From contig OZ250169.1 in NCBI GenBank assembly GCA_965237955.1, positions 6,334,766 to 6,398,765 on the forward strand: a stretch of DNA of 64,000 nucleotides, written 5' to 3'. Positions 27,650-37,705 of this stretch are shown here, piece by piece. A program made the translations under genes and the position numbers. The notes beneath the pieces were generated by a model, which searched no databases, was not told where the DNA came from, and worked only from the letters and a program-made list of their open reading frames with translations. The stretch is from Candidatus Marinacidobacterales bacterium (GTDB taxonomy: Bacteria; Acidobacteriota; Vicinamibacteria; Marinacidobacterales; SMYC01). Each line of letters starts with the position of its first letter. Positions within the stretch are counted from its first letter, which is position 1.

Positions 27650-29158
27650 AGACATCGGCGAATGCGTTGACCGTGGATCTTGCTATCGTCCTCCTTGCGT
27701 TCGGCCTTACGAGCTGCGTCGAACCAAGGCCGAGCGGTGACGTAAGCCAGGAGGAGGATCACGAGCACGGGGGCGGAGCGGCGGTCACGATCTGGACAGA
27801 GAACGTGGAGCTCTTTTTCGAGTATCCCCCTATGGTGGCGGGTGGGGCCGGCGAACCGTGGGCCATCCATCTGACCTTTCTCGAGGACTTCCAGCCGGTG
27901 AGAGAGGGCAAACTGACGCTCCGCTTCGTCGGACCGGATCAGAAGGAGTACACGAGCGTCGCCGAGACTCCGGCGCGAGACGGGATCTTCACGCCGGCCC
28001 CCTCGCTTCCGAACGAAGAGGCTTACCAACTCACGATGACCCTCGAAAGCCCGAGGGGGGAGGAAGAGATTCCGGTGGGCGAGATCCGCGTCTTCGGCTC
28101 GAGCGCAGAGCTCCCGCACGCAGAGGACGCTCCCGCCGCCGGCATCTCTTTCCTCAAGGAGCAGCAGTGGACCACTCCCTTCGCCACCGCGCCCGCGATC
28201 GAGCGCGAGCTCAAGCGGTCGATATCGGCGAACGGCGAAATCGTTCCGGTCCCGAATGCCGTCGCTCGAGTTACGGCGCCAGTGGAAGGAATCGTCCGCG
28301 CGAAGCACAACCTCGGCGCACCCATTCCCGGTGATTGGGTGGAAGCGGGAGAGCGAATCGCCGTTTTGTCCCCCGTCCCGGAGGAGAACGCCTACGCGGC
28401 GCTCAAGGCCAAGGTGGAAGCGCTTGGAGCGCGAAGTCGAGCGTGCCGAGCGGCTGAGCGCGGTCGAGGCCATCCCGGAGAGACGGCTCGTCGAAGCGCG
28501 GCACGACCTGGAAGTGAGCCGCGCCGCGCTCGAAGCCGTCGGCGACGTGGACGGAGAGGGTTACGAGCTGACGCTCACCGCTCCCATCAACGGTCTCGTG
28601 ACGGAGCGTAATCTGACAATAGGCGAGAGGGTTCGTGCAGGCGAACGCCTGTTCAGCATCGTCGACCCAAAAACGCTGTGGCTACGCGTCCAGATTCCCG
28701 CTCGGGAGGCGGCAATCGTGTCCGAGGTTTCGAGTGGGTCGTTTACAGTCGAAGGGAGCCCACGGGTGTACGACGGTGCCCGGCTCGTCTCTGTCGGAGC
28801 CGCTATCGACCCCGAACGGCGCACGCTTCCGGTGGTCCTCGAAACGCGAAATCGAGACGGAAGGCTGAAGGTCGGGATGCTCGTCGAAGCCCGGCTCTTC
28901 CTCGCCGAAAGCGTTGAGGGAGTCGCGGTCCCCTCACGGGCGCTCCGCAAAGAGGACGCCCTCGACGTGGCGTACGTCCAAGTAGGTGGAGAGAGCTTCG
29001 AGCGGCGTGTGCTTGCGCTCGGGCCCTCAGACGGCAAGTGGACCCTGGTGACGGGCGGTATCCGTTCTGGCGAGCGCGTCGTCACCGAAGGTGCTTATCA
29101 GGTTCGCCTCGCGTCGCTCAACGCGTCGGAGATCGCGGATCACGGCCACCCACATTAG
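27646..29158 (+). pseudogene. CzcB/HlyD-family membrane fusion protein, frameshifted
   Basis: ORFs 27646-28611 and 28256-29158 join as ...ENAYAALKAKVEAL|EREVERAERLSAVEAIPERRL... if one nt is dropped near 28424-28427. Lipoprotein-like N-terminus plus an Ig-like extension. Confidence 0.8.
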
Positions 29159-29169
29159 AAGACTGCATA

Positions 29170-32100
29170 ATGCTGGACAAAGTCATCCGTTGGTCTCTGC
29201 AAAACCGCCTGGTCACGCTTTTCGGCGCTGCCGCGGTATTGGCCGGAGGCCTCTATTCGGCGGTAACGATCCCTATCGATGTCTTCCCGGACTTGACCGC
29301 GCCCACGGTGACCGTGCTCACGGAAGCGCACGGCATGGCGGCCGAGGAGGTCGAGCTTCTCGTCACCTTCCCCATCGAGACCGCGGTCAACGGCGCCGCC
29401 GGCGTGAGGCGGGTGCGCTCGTCGTCCGCTCAAGGAATCAGCATCGTCTGGGTCGAGTTCGACTGGGGTGAGGACATCTACCGTGCGCGCCAGATCGTAA
29501 GTGAGAAGCTTCAGCTTGTCGCCGCCCAGCTCCCCCGGAGCACGAGCCCACCGGTTCTCGCACCCATCACTTCCATCATGGGTGAGATCTTGCTCGTGGG
29601 CCTCACGAGCGAAAGTCTCCCTCCGATGGAGGTACGAACCGTCGCCGACTGGGTGGTTAGGAAGCGGCTTCTCGCCATTCCGGGCGTGGCTCAAGTCGTT
29701 CCCATCGGAGGAGCGGTGAAGCAGTATCAGGTCCTGGTTCACCCCGATCGTCTGCGTTCCTACGGTGTGACGCTTTCGGACGTGCTCCGCGCCGCCGAGA
29801 GCTCGAACGCCATTGCCTCGGGCGGTGTCTATCTCGAGAGCGGGCAGGAGATCCTCATCCGGGGCCTAGGCCGCGTTCAGCAGCTCGCGGACATTGAAAA
29901 AACGGTGGTGCGCCTCTCGAGCGGCACTCCCGTCCGTATCGGCGACGTCGCCGACGTTTCGATCGGCGCCAAGCCTCGTTTCGGGACCGCCTCCGTCAAC
30001 GCCGAGCCTGCCGTCGTCCTTTCTATCCAGAAACAGCCGAACGCGAACACACTCGAGCTGACGAAGCGGATCGACGAGGAGCTCGACCGGCTGAAGGCGA
30101 GCCTCCCCGAGGGGATCGCCATCAACCGGGGGATCTTCCGGCAAGCCGACTTCATCTCTTTGGCGGTAGACAACGTTTTTGAGGCGCTTCGCGACGGCGC
30201 GCTTCTCGTCGTCGTCATCCTGTTCCTCTTCCTCTGGAACTTCCGCACCACACTGATTTCCATCGTCGCCATCCCGCTGTCGCTCGCTGTCGCCGTCATC
30301 ACGATGAAGCTCCTCGGAATCACGATCAACACCATGACCCTCGGCGGGATGGCGATCGCGATCGGCGCCCTCGTGGACGATGCGATCATCGACGTCGAGA
30401 ATACCTTCCGCCGCCTGAGGGAGAACCGCCGCCTTCCGGAGCCAGAGCGCCGGCGGGCTCTCCCCGTCGTTTACGACGCAGCGCGAGAGATTCGTGCTCC
30501 CATCGTGAAGGCCACGGTCATTATTTCGATTGTCTTCGTTCCTCTGTTCTTCCTCTCCGGAGTCGAGGGCTGCATGCTTCAGCCTCTGGGCTTTGCTTAC
30601 ATCGTCAGCATCCTCGCGTCGCTCGGGGTGGCGGTTACCGTCACGCCGGTCCTCTGTTCGTTCCTGCTTCCCCGAGCAGGTTTCCTCGACCGGGAGCGTG
30701 AGAGCTGGCTAGTGGAACGCTTGAAGGGAGTCTACGCGCGGACGCTCGCCCTCGTTCTGAAACACCCGACGGCGGTCACGATCGCAGCGGTGCCCTTCGT
30801 CGTCGTGACGGTAGCACTCTTCCCGTTCCTGGGTCGGGGCTTTCTACCGGAGTTCCAGGAGGGAACGCTCACCGTGTCCGCGGTGACCGTGCCGGGAACG
30901 GGCATCGTAGAGTCTGACGAGCTCGGGCGGCTGGTCGAGCGGAAGATGCTAGCGCACCCTGCGGTGGTTTCCACCGCGCGGCGCACAGGGCGAGCCGAGC
31001 TCGACGAGCACGCTCAGGGTGTGAACGCCTCCGAGATCGACGTTGTCTTGATCAGCGATCTTTCCCAGGCAGAGCTCTCAGACGTCATGGACGAGCTCCG
31101 GGTGGAGCTCGCCACCGTTCCCGGAACCAACATCACGATGGGTCAGCCGATCGGCCATCGTATCGACCACATGCTCTCCGGCACGCGTGCTGCGATCGCC
31201 GTCAAGATCTTCGGGCCCGAGCTGCACGAGCTCCGCCGGATCGCGGAGGCTGTGAGGACCGCTGTTGAGGACGTGCCCAGAGTAGCCGACCTGGCGGTCG
31301 AGCAGCAGGCGGACGTACCCCAACTTCGCATCGCCGCCGATCGCGACGCCATGAGCAAGTACGGCGTGACTCCGGGGACTCTTGCCGAGGCCATCGATGT
31401 AGCCTTCTATGGAGAACCCGTCTCTCAGGTGCTCGAAGGACAAAACGCCTTCGACCTCGTCGTGCGCTTCGATGCGGAACATCGTGGAAGTGCCGAGAAG
31501 ATACGGAACACGGTCATCGATACGCCTCTCGGCGCGAGGGTTGAGCTTGCATGGCTCGCCTAGATCGCGGAGGACCGCGGGCCCAACACGGTCTCCCGGG
31601 AGAACGTCCAGAGAAAGATTGTGGTGCAATCGAACGTCAGCGGCCGTGACGTGGCGAGCGTGGTCGAGGAATTCCGCGAGAGAATCGACACGAGCATCGA
31701 ACTTCCCCAGGGCTACTACGTCGAGTACGGCGGCCAGTTCGAAAGCGGTGAGGCGGCGGCTCGCGCGATCAGCGTTTTATCGGCCGTTTCCATTCTCGCC
31801 ATCTTCCTGATCCTCTACCAGGAGTTCGGAAGTGCTAGCACCGCGCTTCTCATCATGGTCAACTTGCCGCTGGCTCTGATCGGCGGTGTAGGGGCGCTTC
31901 TCGCATCGGGTGGGGTGCTGAACGTTGCCTCGTTGGTGGGTTTCATCACCCTGTTCGGCATCGCCGTCAGAAACGGCATTCTTCTCGTTAGCCACTACAA
32001 TCGCCTGATGGTGGAAGGCGAGCCTCGCCGAGAGGCGGTCGTCCGGGGCTCCCTCGAGCGGCTGAATCCCATTCTCATGACGGCCTTGACCGCGGCTCTC

Positions 32101-32274
32101 GCGCTCATTCCACTCGCCATCGGCGGTGGTGAGGCAGGAAAGGAGATCCAGTCCCCGATGGCGATCGTGGTGCTAGGAGGACTTTTGAGCTCGGCCGCCC
32201 TCAACATGGTCGTGGTGCCCGCTCTTTTCCTTCGCTATGGGAAGCAGGCGCGAGCCACGGAGGTCCTTGAATGA
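29170..32274 (+). pseudogene. CzcA/CusA-family HME-RND pump interrupted by an in-frame TAG
   Basis: MLDKVIRWSLQNRLVTLFG... runs to ...GARVELAWLA, then TAG at 31561-31563. The same frame continues IAEDRGPNTVSRENVQRKIVVQSN... to 32274. GALVDDAIIDVEN motif present. Confidence 0.85.
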
Positions 32275-32615
32275 AGAAGCGCTCGCTAGCGAGGAAGCCG
32301 TACTACCCACGAAACACTTGTGCAATGATGCCGGGCCCTGGCTCGCTTAACAACCATGTGGACAGTTGGTGTCAACCGGCGTTGACACTTCCGCGAAACC
32401 GCTTTTTCCCTGGAAACCAAGAACTTGTCCGCCCAGGCCACTCTCGACCCCCGCGCGTGGACGCTCACCGACAACCGCCGTTGACACTCTTCGGCATTCG
32501 TGAGCGTCCGCCCCGCCTGAAGTGCTGGCTTCAAGTCGTTGTGCGTGGTGGCGTTGATGCAGTTCCTCGGCGCTTACCCAAGCTTGGCACGCGCTTCGCC
32601 TTCGAACCGCTTTTT

Positions 32616-32742
32616 GTGCAAGCGGCCACAAAAACCCTCATTCCGAAGCCAGAACCGGCGCTGTACCGTCCGAGAAAGCCGCAACTTTCCGACCTGTACC
32701 AACTCCTCGAGACCCACTACGATGACATCAAGGCTCACTGGG
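32616..32742 (+). pseudogene. IS91-family transposase N-terminal relic cut by IS21
   Basis: ...PALYRPRKPQLSDLYQLLETHYDDIKAHW resembles IS91-type transposase N-termini (recalled). It ends exactly at the IS21 left terminus and has no continuation downstream. Confidence 0.3.
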
Positions 32743-32754
32743 TGCGTATTCCGG

Positions 32755-32900
32755 GGCATCGTGAACGCAGATTCCAGCCGAAGGTGAACATCCATTCCAA
32801 AGCATCGTGAACACGGATTCCGGGGATCGTGAACATCGATTCCGGGGAAGGTGAACACGGATTCCAGGCAACGTGAACGCCGGTTCCGGCATCGCGAACG
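32755..32900 (+). repeat. About 22-bp tandem subterminal repeats (CGTGAACAnnGATTCCrGGG, 6-7 units) at the IS21 left end
   Basis: GTGAAC recurs at 32761, 32784, 32807, 32829, 32851 and 32873 (GCGAAC at 32894). Inverted copies (GTTCAC) lie near the right end at 35558 and 35661. Confidence 0.8.
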
Positions 32901-32962
32901 CTCATCGATAGCACGTTTCAAGGCAACTCTAGGTCGTACCCGGAAGGAGGACGATCTAGGAA

Positions 32963-34519
32963 ATGGCAGCTAAGAGGTTATCGATGAGAAAAATACGAGA
33001 GGTTCTAAGGTTAAAGTACGAGCTGGGTTTTACTCACCGCATGATCGCAAAGGCACTTCGCGTGGCGGTTGGAACGGTGAGTGAGTACCTGGCCAAGGCG
33101 AAGAAGGGTGGTCTGAGCTGGCCGCTCCCGGAGGAGCTGAGCGAAGGGGAGCTGGAGGCAGGGCTGTTTCCGCCGCCGGGCTCGTCTGGCGCACGGCCGG
33201 GTCTGGACTATGCCCACATCCACGAGGAGCTGAGGCGTCACCGAGAGCTGACGTTGCTGCAGCTGTGGGTGGAGTACGCGGAGAATAAGCCGGGAGCGTA
33301 CGGCTACAGCCGTTATTGCGAGCTGTACGGTCAGTGGAAGAAGAAGCTGAACCCGACGATGCGTCAACGGCATCGAGCAGGCGAGAAGACATTCGTCTAT
33401 TTTTCGGGGAAGAAGCCTCACATCGTCGATCCGAAAACGGGAGAGCTCGTCGAAATGGAGCTGTTCGTCGGGACGTTGGGCGCGAGCAGTTACACCTACG
33501 TCGAAGCGACACTGAACCAGTCGCTGGAATCGTGGGCGAAGGCCCATAAGGGGATGTCGGATTACTTCGGTGGCAGTACGGAGATCTGGGTTCCGGACAA
33601 CTTGAAGAGCGGCGTGGATTTGGTGGACCGTTACGAGCCAGGGATCAACCGGACGTACGAAGAGCTGGCGACGCATTACGGTGCGGTTGTGGTCCCGGCT
33701 CGGGTGTTCAAGCCGAAAGACAAAGCGAAGGTGGAGTCGGCAGTGCAGGTGGCGCAGCGCTGGATCCTGGCGGTGCTTCGTCATCGCACGTTCTTCAGCC
33801 TGGCGGAACTGAACGAAGCCATCTGGGAGAAGTTAGAGGTCCTGAATGCGCGTCCGATGCAGAAGCTCGGTGTGAGTCGGCGGGAGTTGTACGAAAGGCT
33901 AGACCGGCCCGTACTGAAACCGCTACCGCAGGAGAGCTACGAGTTATCGACGTGGAAGCGGTGCAGAGTGAACATCGACTACCACGTGGAGGTGGAGAAC
34001 AACTTGTACAGCGTTCCCTATCAGCTCATTCACGAGAAAGTCGAGGCACGGGTGACGGCCTCGGTGGTGGAGGTCCTGTTCAAGGGAAAGCGCGTCGCGT
34101 CGCATCCCCGCAAGAAAGGAAAGGGGCACTACTCCACGAACCCGGAGCATATGCCACGTTCGCATCGGGAGCACCTGGAGTGGACGCCGTCGCGGCTGCT
34201 CCACTGGGCGGAGCAGTCAGGTCGCGCCACGGGAAGGCTGGTTGCGGGGATTCTAGAGAGTCGGCCTCACCCGGAGCAGGGATTTCGCTCTTGCCTGGGA
34301 GTCATGCGACTAGGCAGCCGCTGGGGCAGTGAGCGTCTCGAGGCCGCTTGCGCACGAGCGGAAGCTTTGAGCTCTTACAGCTATCGCACGGTGAAAAACA
34401 TTCTCTCGGCTGGTCTGGATCGTGTGGTGCTCGAATCGGACGCCGAAGCGAAACCGCGAGAGGAGCACGAGAACATCCGAGGCGCGGATCACTACGAAGG
34501 AGGAGAGTCCCGATGCTGA
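32963..34519 (+). CDS. istA: IS21-family transposase IstA
   Basis: 518 aa. N-terminal HTH MRKIREVLRLKYELGFTHRMIAKALRVAVGTVSEYL plus a DDE core. Followed by an overlapping istB. Confidence 0.92.
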   Translation: MAAKRLSMRKIREVLRLKYELGFTHRMIAKALRVAVGTVSEYLAKAKKGGLSWPLPEELSEGELEAGLFPPPGSSGARPGLDYAHIHEELRRHRELTLLQLWVEYAENKPGAYGYSRYCELYGQWKKKLNPTMRQRHRAGEKTFVYFSGKKPHIVDPKTGELVEMELFVGTLGASSYTYVEATLNQSLESWAKAHKGMSDYFGGSTEIWVPDNLKSGVDLVDRYEPGINRTYEELATHYGAVVVPARVFKPKDKAKVESAVQVAQRWILAVLRHRTFFSLAELNEAIWEKLEVLNARPMQKLGVSRRELYERLDRPVLKPLPQESYELSTWKRCRVNIDYHVEVENNLYSVPYQLIHEKVEARVTASVVEVLFKGKRVASHPRKKGKGHYSTNPEHMPRSHREHLEWTPSRLLHWAEQSGRATGRLVAGILESRPHPEQGFRSCLGVMRLGSRWGSERLEAACARAEALSSYSYRTVKNILSAGLDRVVLESDAEAKPREEHENIRGADHYEGGESRC

Positions 34520-35271
34520 CACCCGAAACGATAGAAAAGATGAACGCCATGAAGTTGTTCGGCTTGGTGTCCGCGTTCGAAACCCAGTTGAGCTCGAGCG
34601 AATACAAGGAGCTGAGCTTCGAGGAACGTGTGGGACTCCTGGTCGATGCCGAGTGGACCGCCCGCGAACAGCGTAAGCTTTCTCGACGACTGCGAGCGGC
34701 AAAGCTCCGCTATCCGGCATGTTTGGAGAACGTGAACTTCCAAGCGCCTCGAGGCTTAAACCGCGAACAGATCTTGAGCCTGGGCAACTGCCGCTTTGTC
34801 GGTGAGCGCCATAACCTGCTCATCACCGGCCCGACGGGGATTGGCAAATCGTTCTTGGCTTGCGCCTTCGTGGAGCGGGCCTGTCGTCGCGGCTTCACCG
34901 GATGCTACGTGCGAGCACCGCGCTTGCTCCACGAGCTCGCGGTCGCTCGTGGTGATGGTTCCTACGCCCGGCTTTTGACGAAACTCGCCAAGCTGGACTT
35001 ACTGGCTATCGATGATTGGCTGCTTCACCCGCTGAAAGAATCGGAGAGACGGGATCTAATGGAGGTCATCGAAGACCGCGCCGAGCGTGGCTCCACACTC
35101 ATCGCGACCCAGATTCCGCTCAAGCAGTGGCACGAAGCGATTGGCGACCCAAACCAGGCAGACGCTATCTGCGATCGCATTCTCCACAGCGCGCACCGCA
35201 TCACTCTCAAAGGAGCTTCTCTGAGAAAGACCAAGGCTGCGCCAAAGGCATTTGACAACGCCGATGCATGA
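34513..35271 (+). CDS. istB: IS21-family helper ATPase IstB
   Basis: MLTPETIEKMNAMKLFG..., Walker A GPTGIGKS, LLAIDDW Walker B. ATG 34513 overlaps the istA stop. Confidence 0.92.
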   Translation: MLTPETIEKMNAMKLFGLVSAFETQLSSSEYKELSFEERVGLLVDAEWTAREQRKLSRRLRAAKLRYPACLENVNFQAPRGLNREQILSLGNCRFVGERHNLLITGPTGIGKSFLACAFVERACRRGFTGCYVRAPRLLHELAVARGDGSYARLLTKLAKLDLLAIDDWLLHPLKESERRDLMEVIEDRAERGSTLIATQIPLKQWHEAIGDPNQADAICDRILHSAHRITLKGASLRKTKAAPKAFDNADA

Positions 35272-35715
35272 GCGAGCGAGGGACCACAGCGTCGATGCGA
35301 TAAAAACGGGTGAAACCGCCAAACCCGGGGCCAGACGATGCGGCGCCAAAACGACGCGCGAGAATGCCTCAGGAAGCGTCTTCTCGAGCCAGGCCATACC
35401 CCAGCAACCCCCCGAAACCAGCCCCACATCGCCCGGGGTTCGGCCGCGGCAGGTCGCTGCCTACGGGAGCGGGAAGGTCGCTTCGCGTCTTTCCTTACGC
35501 CCGCTCCCTCCGGCACCGACCTGCCGCCCCTTGCTACACAACACGCAGGTAAGATAGGTTCACGTTTTCAATCAGTGGGAAGGAGGTCACCCAACACTTC
35601 ATCGCTTCGATGAGCGTTCGGCTTCACCGGATTCGCTGTTCAGCTTGCTCTGGATTCGGCGTTCACGATGGCTGGAATACGCACTTAGGGCCGGCGACAA
35701 AATAAGTTCCCGTTT

Positions 35716-36627
35716 TCAAGACGGTCGGATGGTGTAGTTCCATTTGGGTAGAGTCTGGTCCTTTGTAACGGAAAGCGCCTGCATCCGCTCGTCAGTGATT
35801 TTGACGCCCTTCGGATAACGACGCCGGATAAGGTGTGCGCGTACTCGCAAACCGGAAGAGGTGGTGGTCGTGCGGATGTATTTGAGGATGGTTTCGTAGC
35901 TGTCGAGAGGCCTGCCCGCCCAGTTCTTGCTGATCTCGCTGAACAGACGGTGCTCCACTGGATTCCACTTGGATGTACCGGACGGATAGTGGGCTATGGT
36001 GATAGCGATGTCGTGGCGATTGCAAATCCGCGTTTGAAGCCCGTGCTTCCAACCCCGACACCGATAGCCATTGCTGCCCCCGGCGTCTGCCAATATCGCG
36101 AGGTCACGGGCTGCAGGATAGCGTCGCCGTCCTTCCGTTCGCCACCACTTCTCGATGGCATTCACGGCGAAGTCCGGGGTGTTGTACGAGGTACCAATGA
36201 ACACTGTCCCGCGGTTCGCGAGCAGATCGTAGACGCCGTAGGGGATTGCGATGCCGTTCGATTCGGAACGGAAGTCATGGTCTTTGACGAGAGTCGGCTC
36301 GCGGTTCCAGGCCTGCCCGCCGTTTTTGAATAATCCCACCAGCTCCCGTTTCTTCGTGTCTACGCTGATGATGGGATGACCAGCTGCGGCAAAACGCTCG
36401 CGCAGTTCGGCGATACACGCGAATTGGGTATCGCGATCTTCGGACGTGGCACCGCACAGCTTCTTGTGGTTCACCCGCAACGAGAAGCCGAGCTGTTTGA
36501 GCAGTCGACCGACGGTTTTGCTGCTGACGTTCACACCGAGGCTTCTTAGCTCGCAAGCAATCTTGTCGGTGGTCCGCCGCGTCCATTTCACTCCCGTCAT
36601 CGGATCGCCCGCGGTGTCGTGCTTCAT
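35716..36627 (-). CDS. ISAzo13-family transposase, DDE catalytic part (downstream frame)
   Basis: MKHDTAGDPMTGVKWTRRTT...ISVDTKKRELVG...ADAGGSNG...SKWNPVEHRLFS matches my memory of the Rhodopirellula-type DDE (ISAzo13) transposases. Confidence 0.85.
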   Translation of the reverse strand: MKHDTAGDPMTGVKWTRRTTDKIACELRSLGVNVSSKTVGRLLKQLGFSLRVNHKKLCGATSEDRDTQFACIAELRERFAAAGHPIISVDTKKRELVGLFKNGGQAWNREPTLVKDHDFRSESNGIAIPYGVYDLLANRGTVFIGTSYNTPDFAVNAIEKWWRTEGRRRYPAARDLAILADAGGSNGYRCRGWKHGLQTRICNRHDIAITIAHYPSGTSKWNPVEHRLFSEISKNWAGRPLDSYETILKYIRTTTTSSGLRVRAHLIRRRYPKGVKITDERMQALSVTKDQTLPKWNYTIRPS

Positions 36628-37412
36628 GAGTTCTTCGATCTTGGCGATGACTTCTGGCGTTTTTTTTGCACGGCGCGCCGTCCGCCACCCTTTCGCCGAA
36701 CTCCGTCGAGCTCAACATCTCTCATTAGCAATTCCCTACGACCTCTGGCTACCGTGCTCGGATCCATCCCGAGCAGTTCGGCAATCTGTTGGTCGCCACC
36801 GTGACCGAGCTTCATGGCCTCGACTCCCGCGTAGAGACGGCGCTGCTTTTCATCGAGCAGGCTGTAGAAAAGAACGATCGCAGCCTTCAACTCCACGGGG
36901 AGCACGCGGACTCCCCCGACCCAGCCCAACGTGGAAGGTGACGCCTCATGTACCTGGCGGGCCGAGAGCTGTTGCTTGCGCGTGCTCACATCGGTGGCCA
37001 GATACAGATATCGGCCGAACACCTGCTCGCGCGCCAATCTTTTCTCTCGGACTAGTTTCAACAGAGGAGCCTTGACGTCAACCTGCACCTCGTCCTCGAG
37101 CTCGTCGACGTAGTAGCCTGCCTCACAGGCCGCGACCAACGCTTTTACCGTCGCAAGCAACGTCCCGTACTTCGAGAACCACACTGAGCGCAACGACCAA
37201 AGACCTTTTCGATCGAACTGGGCGATCTCGTCCAACGTGTAGTAGCTACCACGGTGGGAGTAGCTTGTCCGATACGCCAACTCATTGAGCTTTCGGAAGA
37301 CGGTCGAGTCCACATCGGTACCCAACACTGCCTTCAAATCATCGAGGGTAGCTATTTTGTGCTTCCTCAACAGGCGGTCGAGATCTTCAGACTGATAGCT
37401 CGTAGGTCTCAT
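36624..37412 (-). CDS. ISAzo13-family transposase, N-terminal HTH part (upstream frame)
   Basis: 262 aa ending ...GVRRKGGGRRAVQKK then out of frame. The -1 frame continues TPEVIAKIEELMKHDTAGDP into the DDE ORF. Confidence 0.8.
   Translation of the reverse strand: MRPTSYQSEDLDRLLRKHKIATLDDLKAVLGTDVDSTVFRKLNELAYRTSYSHRGSYYTLDEIAQFDRKGLWSLRSVWFSKYGTLLATVKALVAACEAGYYVDELEDEVQVDVKAPLLKLVREKRLAREQVFGRYLYLATDVSTRKQQLSARQVHEASPSTLGWVGGVRVLPVELKAAIVLFYSLLDEKQRRLYAGVEAMKLGHGGDQQIAELLGMDPSTVARGRRELLMRDVELDGVRRKGGGRRAVQKKRQKSSPRSKNS
36660..36667 (-). other. A8 slippery run joining the two ISAzo13 transposase frames (-1)
   Basis: Coding strand reads GTG CAA AAA AAA CGC. Re-reading from the last A gives ACG CCA GAA GTC (TPEV). 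Confidence 0.55.
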
Positions 37413-37705
37413 AATAGGAGAAGTGCTCCTTGGTAGGCGTAATCCTCCCTAAAATGAGGACCGTTTGTCAAACACGCGCTGGTTGCTGAAGATCTACAAA
37501 TGTTCCGTTTCTAGGGAGCTTGCCAGGCTCTCGTGATGCCAGACGACATCGCGATCACGACCTGAAACAGGAAGAGTGTGCTCAAAACTAGACAGTTATT
37601 TTGTCGGCGGCCCTTAGATAGAGAGAAATTGATTGAACCTTTAAGGAGGTAAGTATGAAGAGTAAGGCGTATGTTGAAATCACTCTTAAAGTATCAGATA
37701 AAAAT

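Larger units (their letters stand above)
32743..35683 (+). mobile_element. IS21-family insertion sequence (2941 bp)
   Basis: Termini TGCGTATTCC...GGAATACGCA (5'-TG/CA-3'), multiple subterminal repeats, istA-istB pair. Flanks TCACTGGG vs CTTAGGGC give no target duplication. Confidence 0.88.
35684..37617 (-). mobile_element. ISAzo13-like insertion sequence (about 1.93 kb)
   Basis: Terminal IRs CTTAGGGCCGGCGACAAAATAAG (35684-) and its near-complement GTTATTTTGTCGGCGGCCCTTAG (-37617). TTA lies on both outer edges. The left end abuts the IS21 right end. Confidence 0.75.

Noticed and set aside
31561-31563. Amber codons as evidence for TAG reassignment or pyrrolysine-type recoding.
   Set aside because: TAG terminates several well-supported genes in the same window: the S9 peptidase at 57570, IS3 orfB at 41216, the secreted repeat protein at 12300 and the DinB-like gene at 6392. 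No recoding machinery is visible. Nonsense mutation or sequencing error is more economical.
32755-32900. Regular 22-bp direct repeats that at first glance look like a tiny CRISPR or tandem-repeat locus.
   Set aside because: There are no unique spacers, and the unit abuts itself. The array starts about 12 bp inside the IS21 terminus and has inverted counterparts at the other IS21 end. These are the multiple subterminal transposase-binding repeats typical of IS21.
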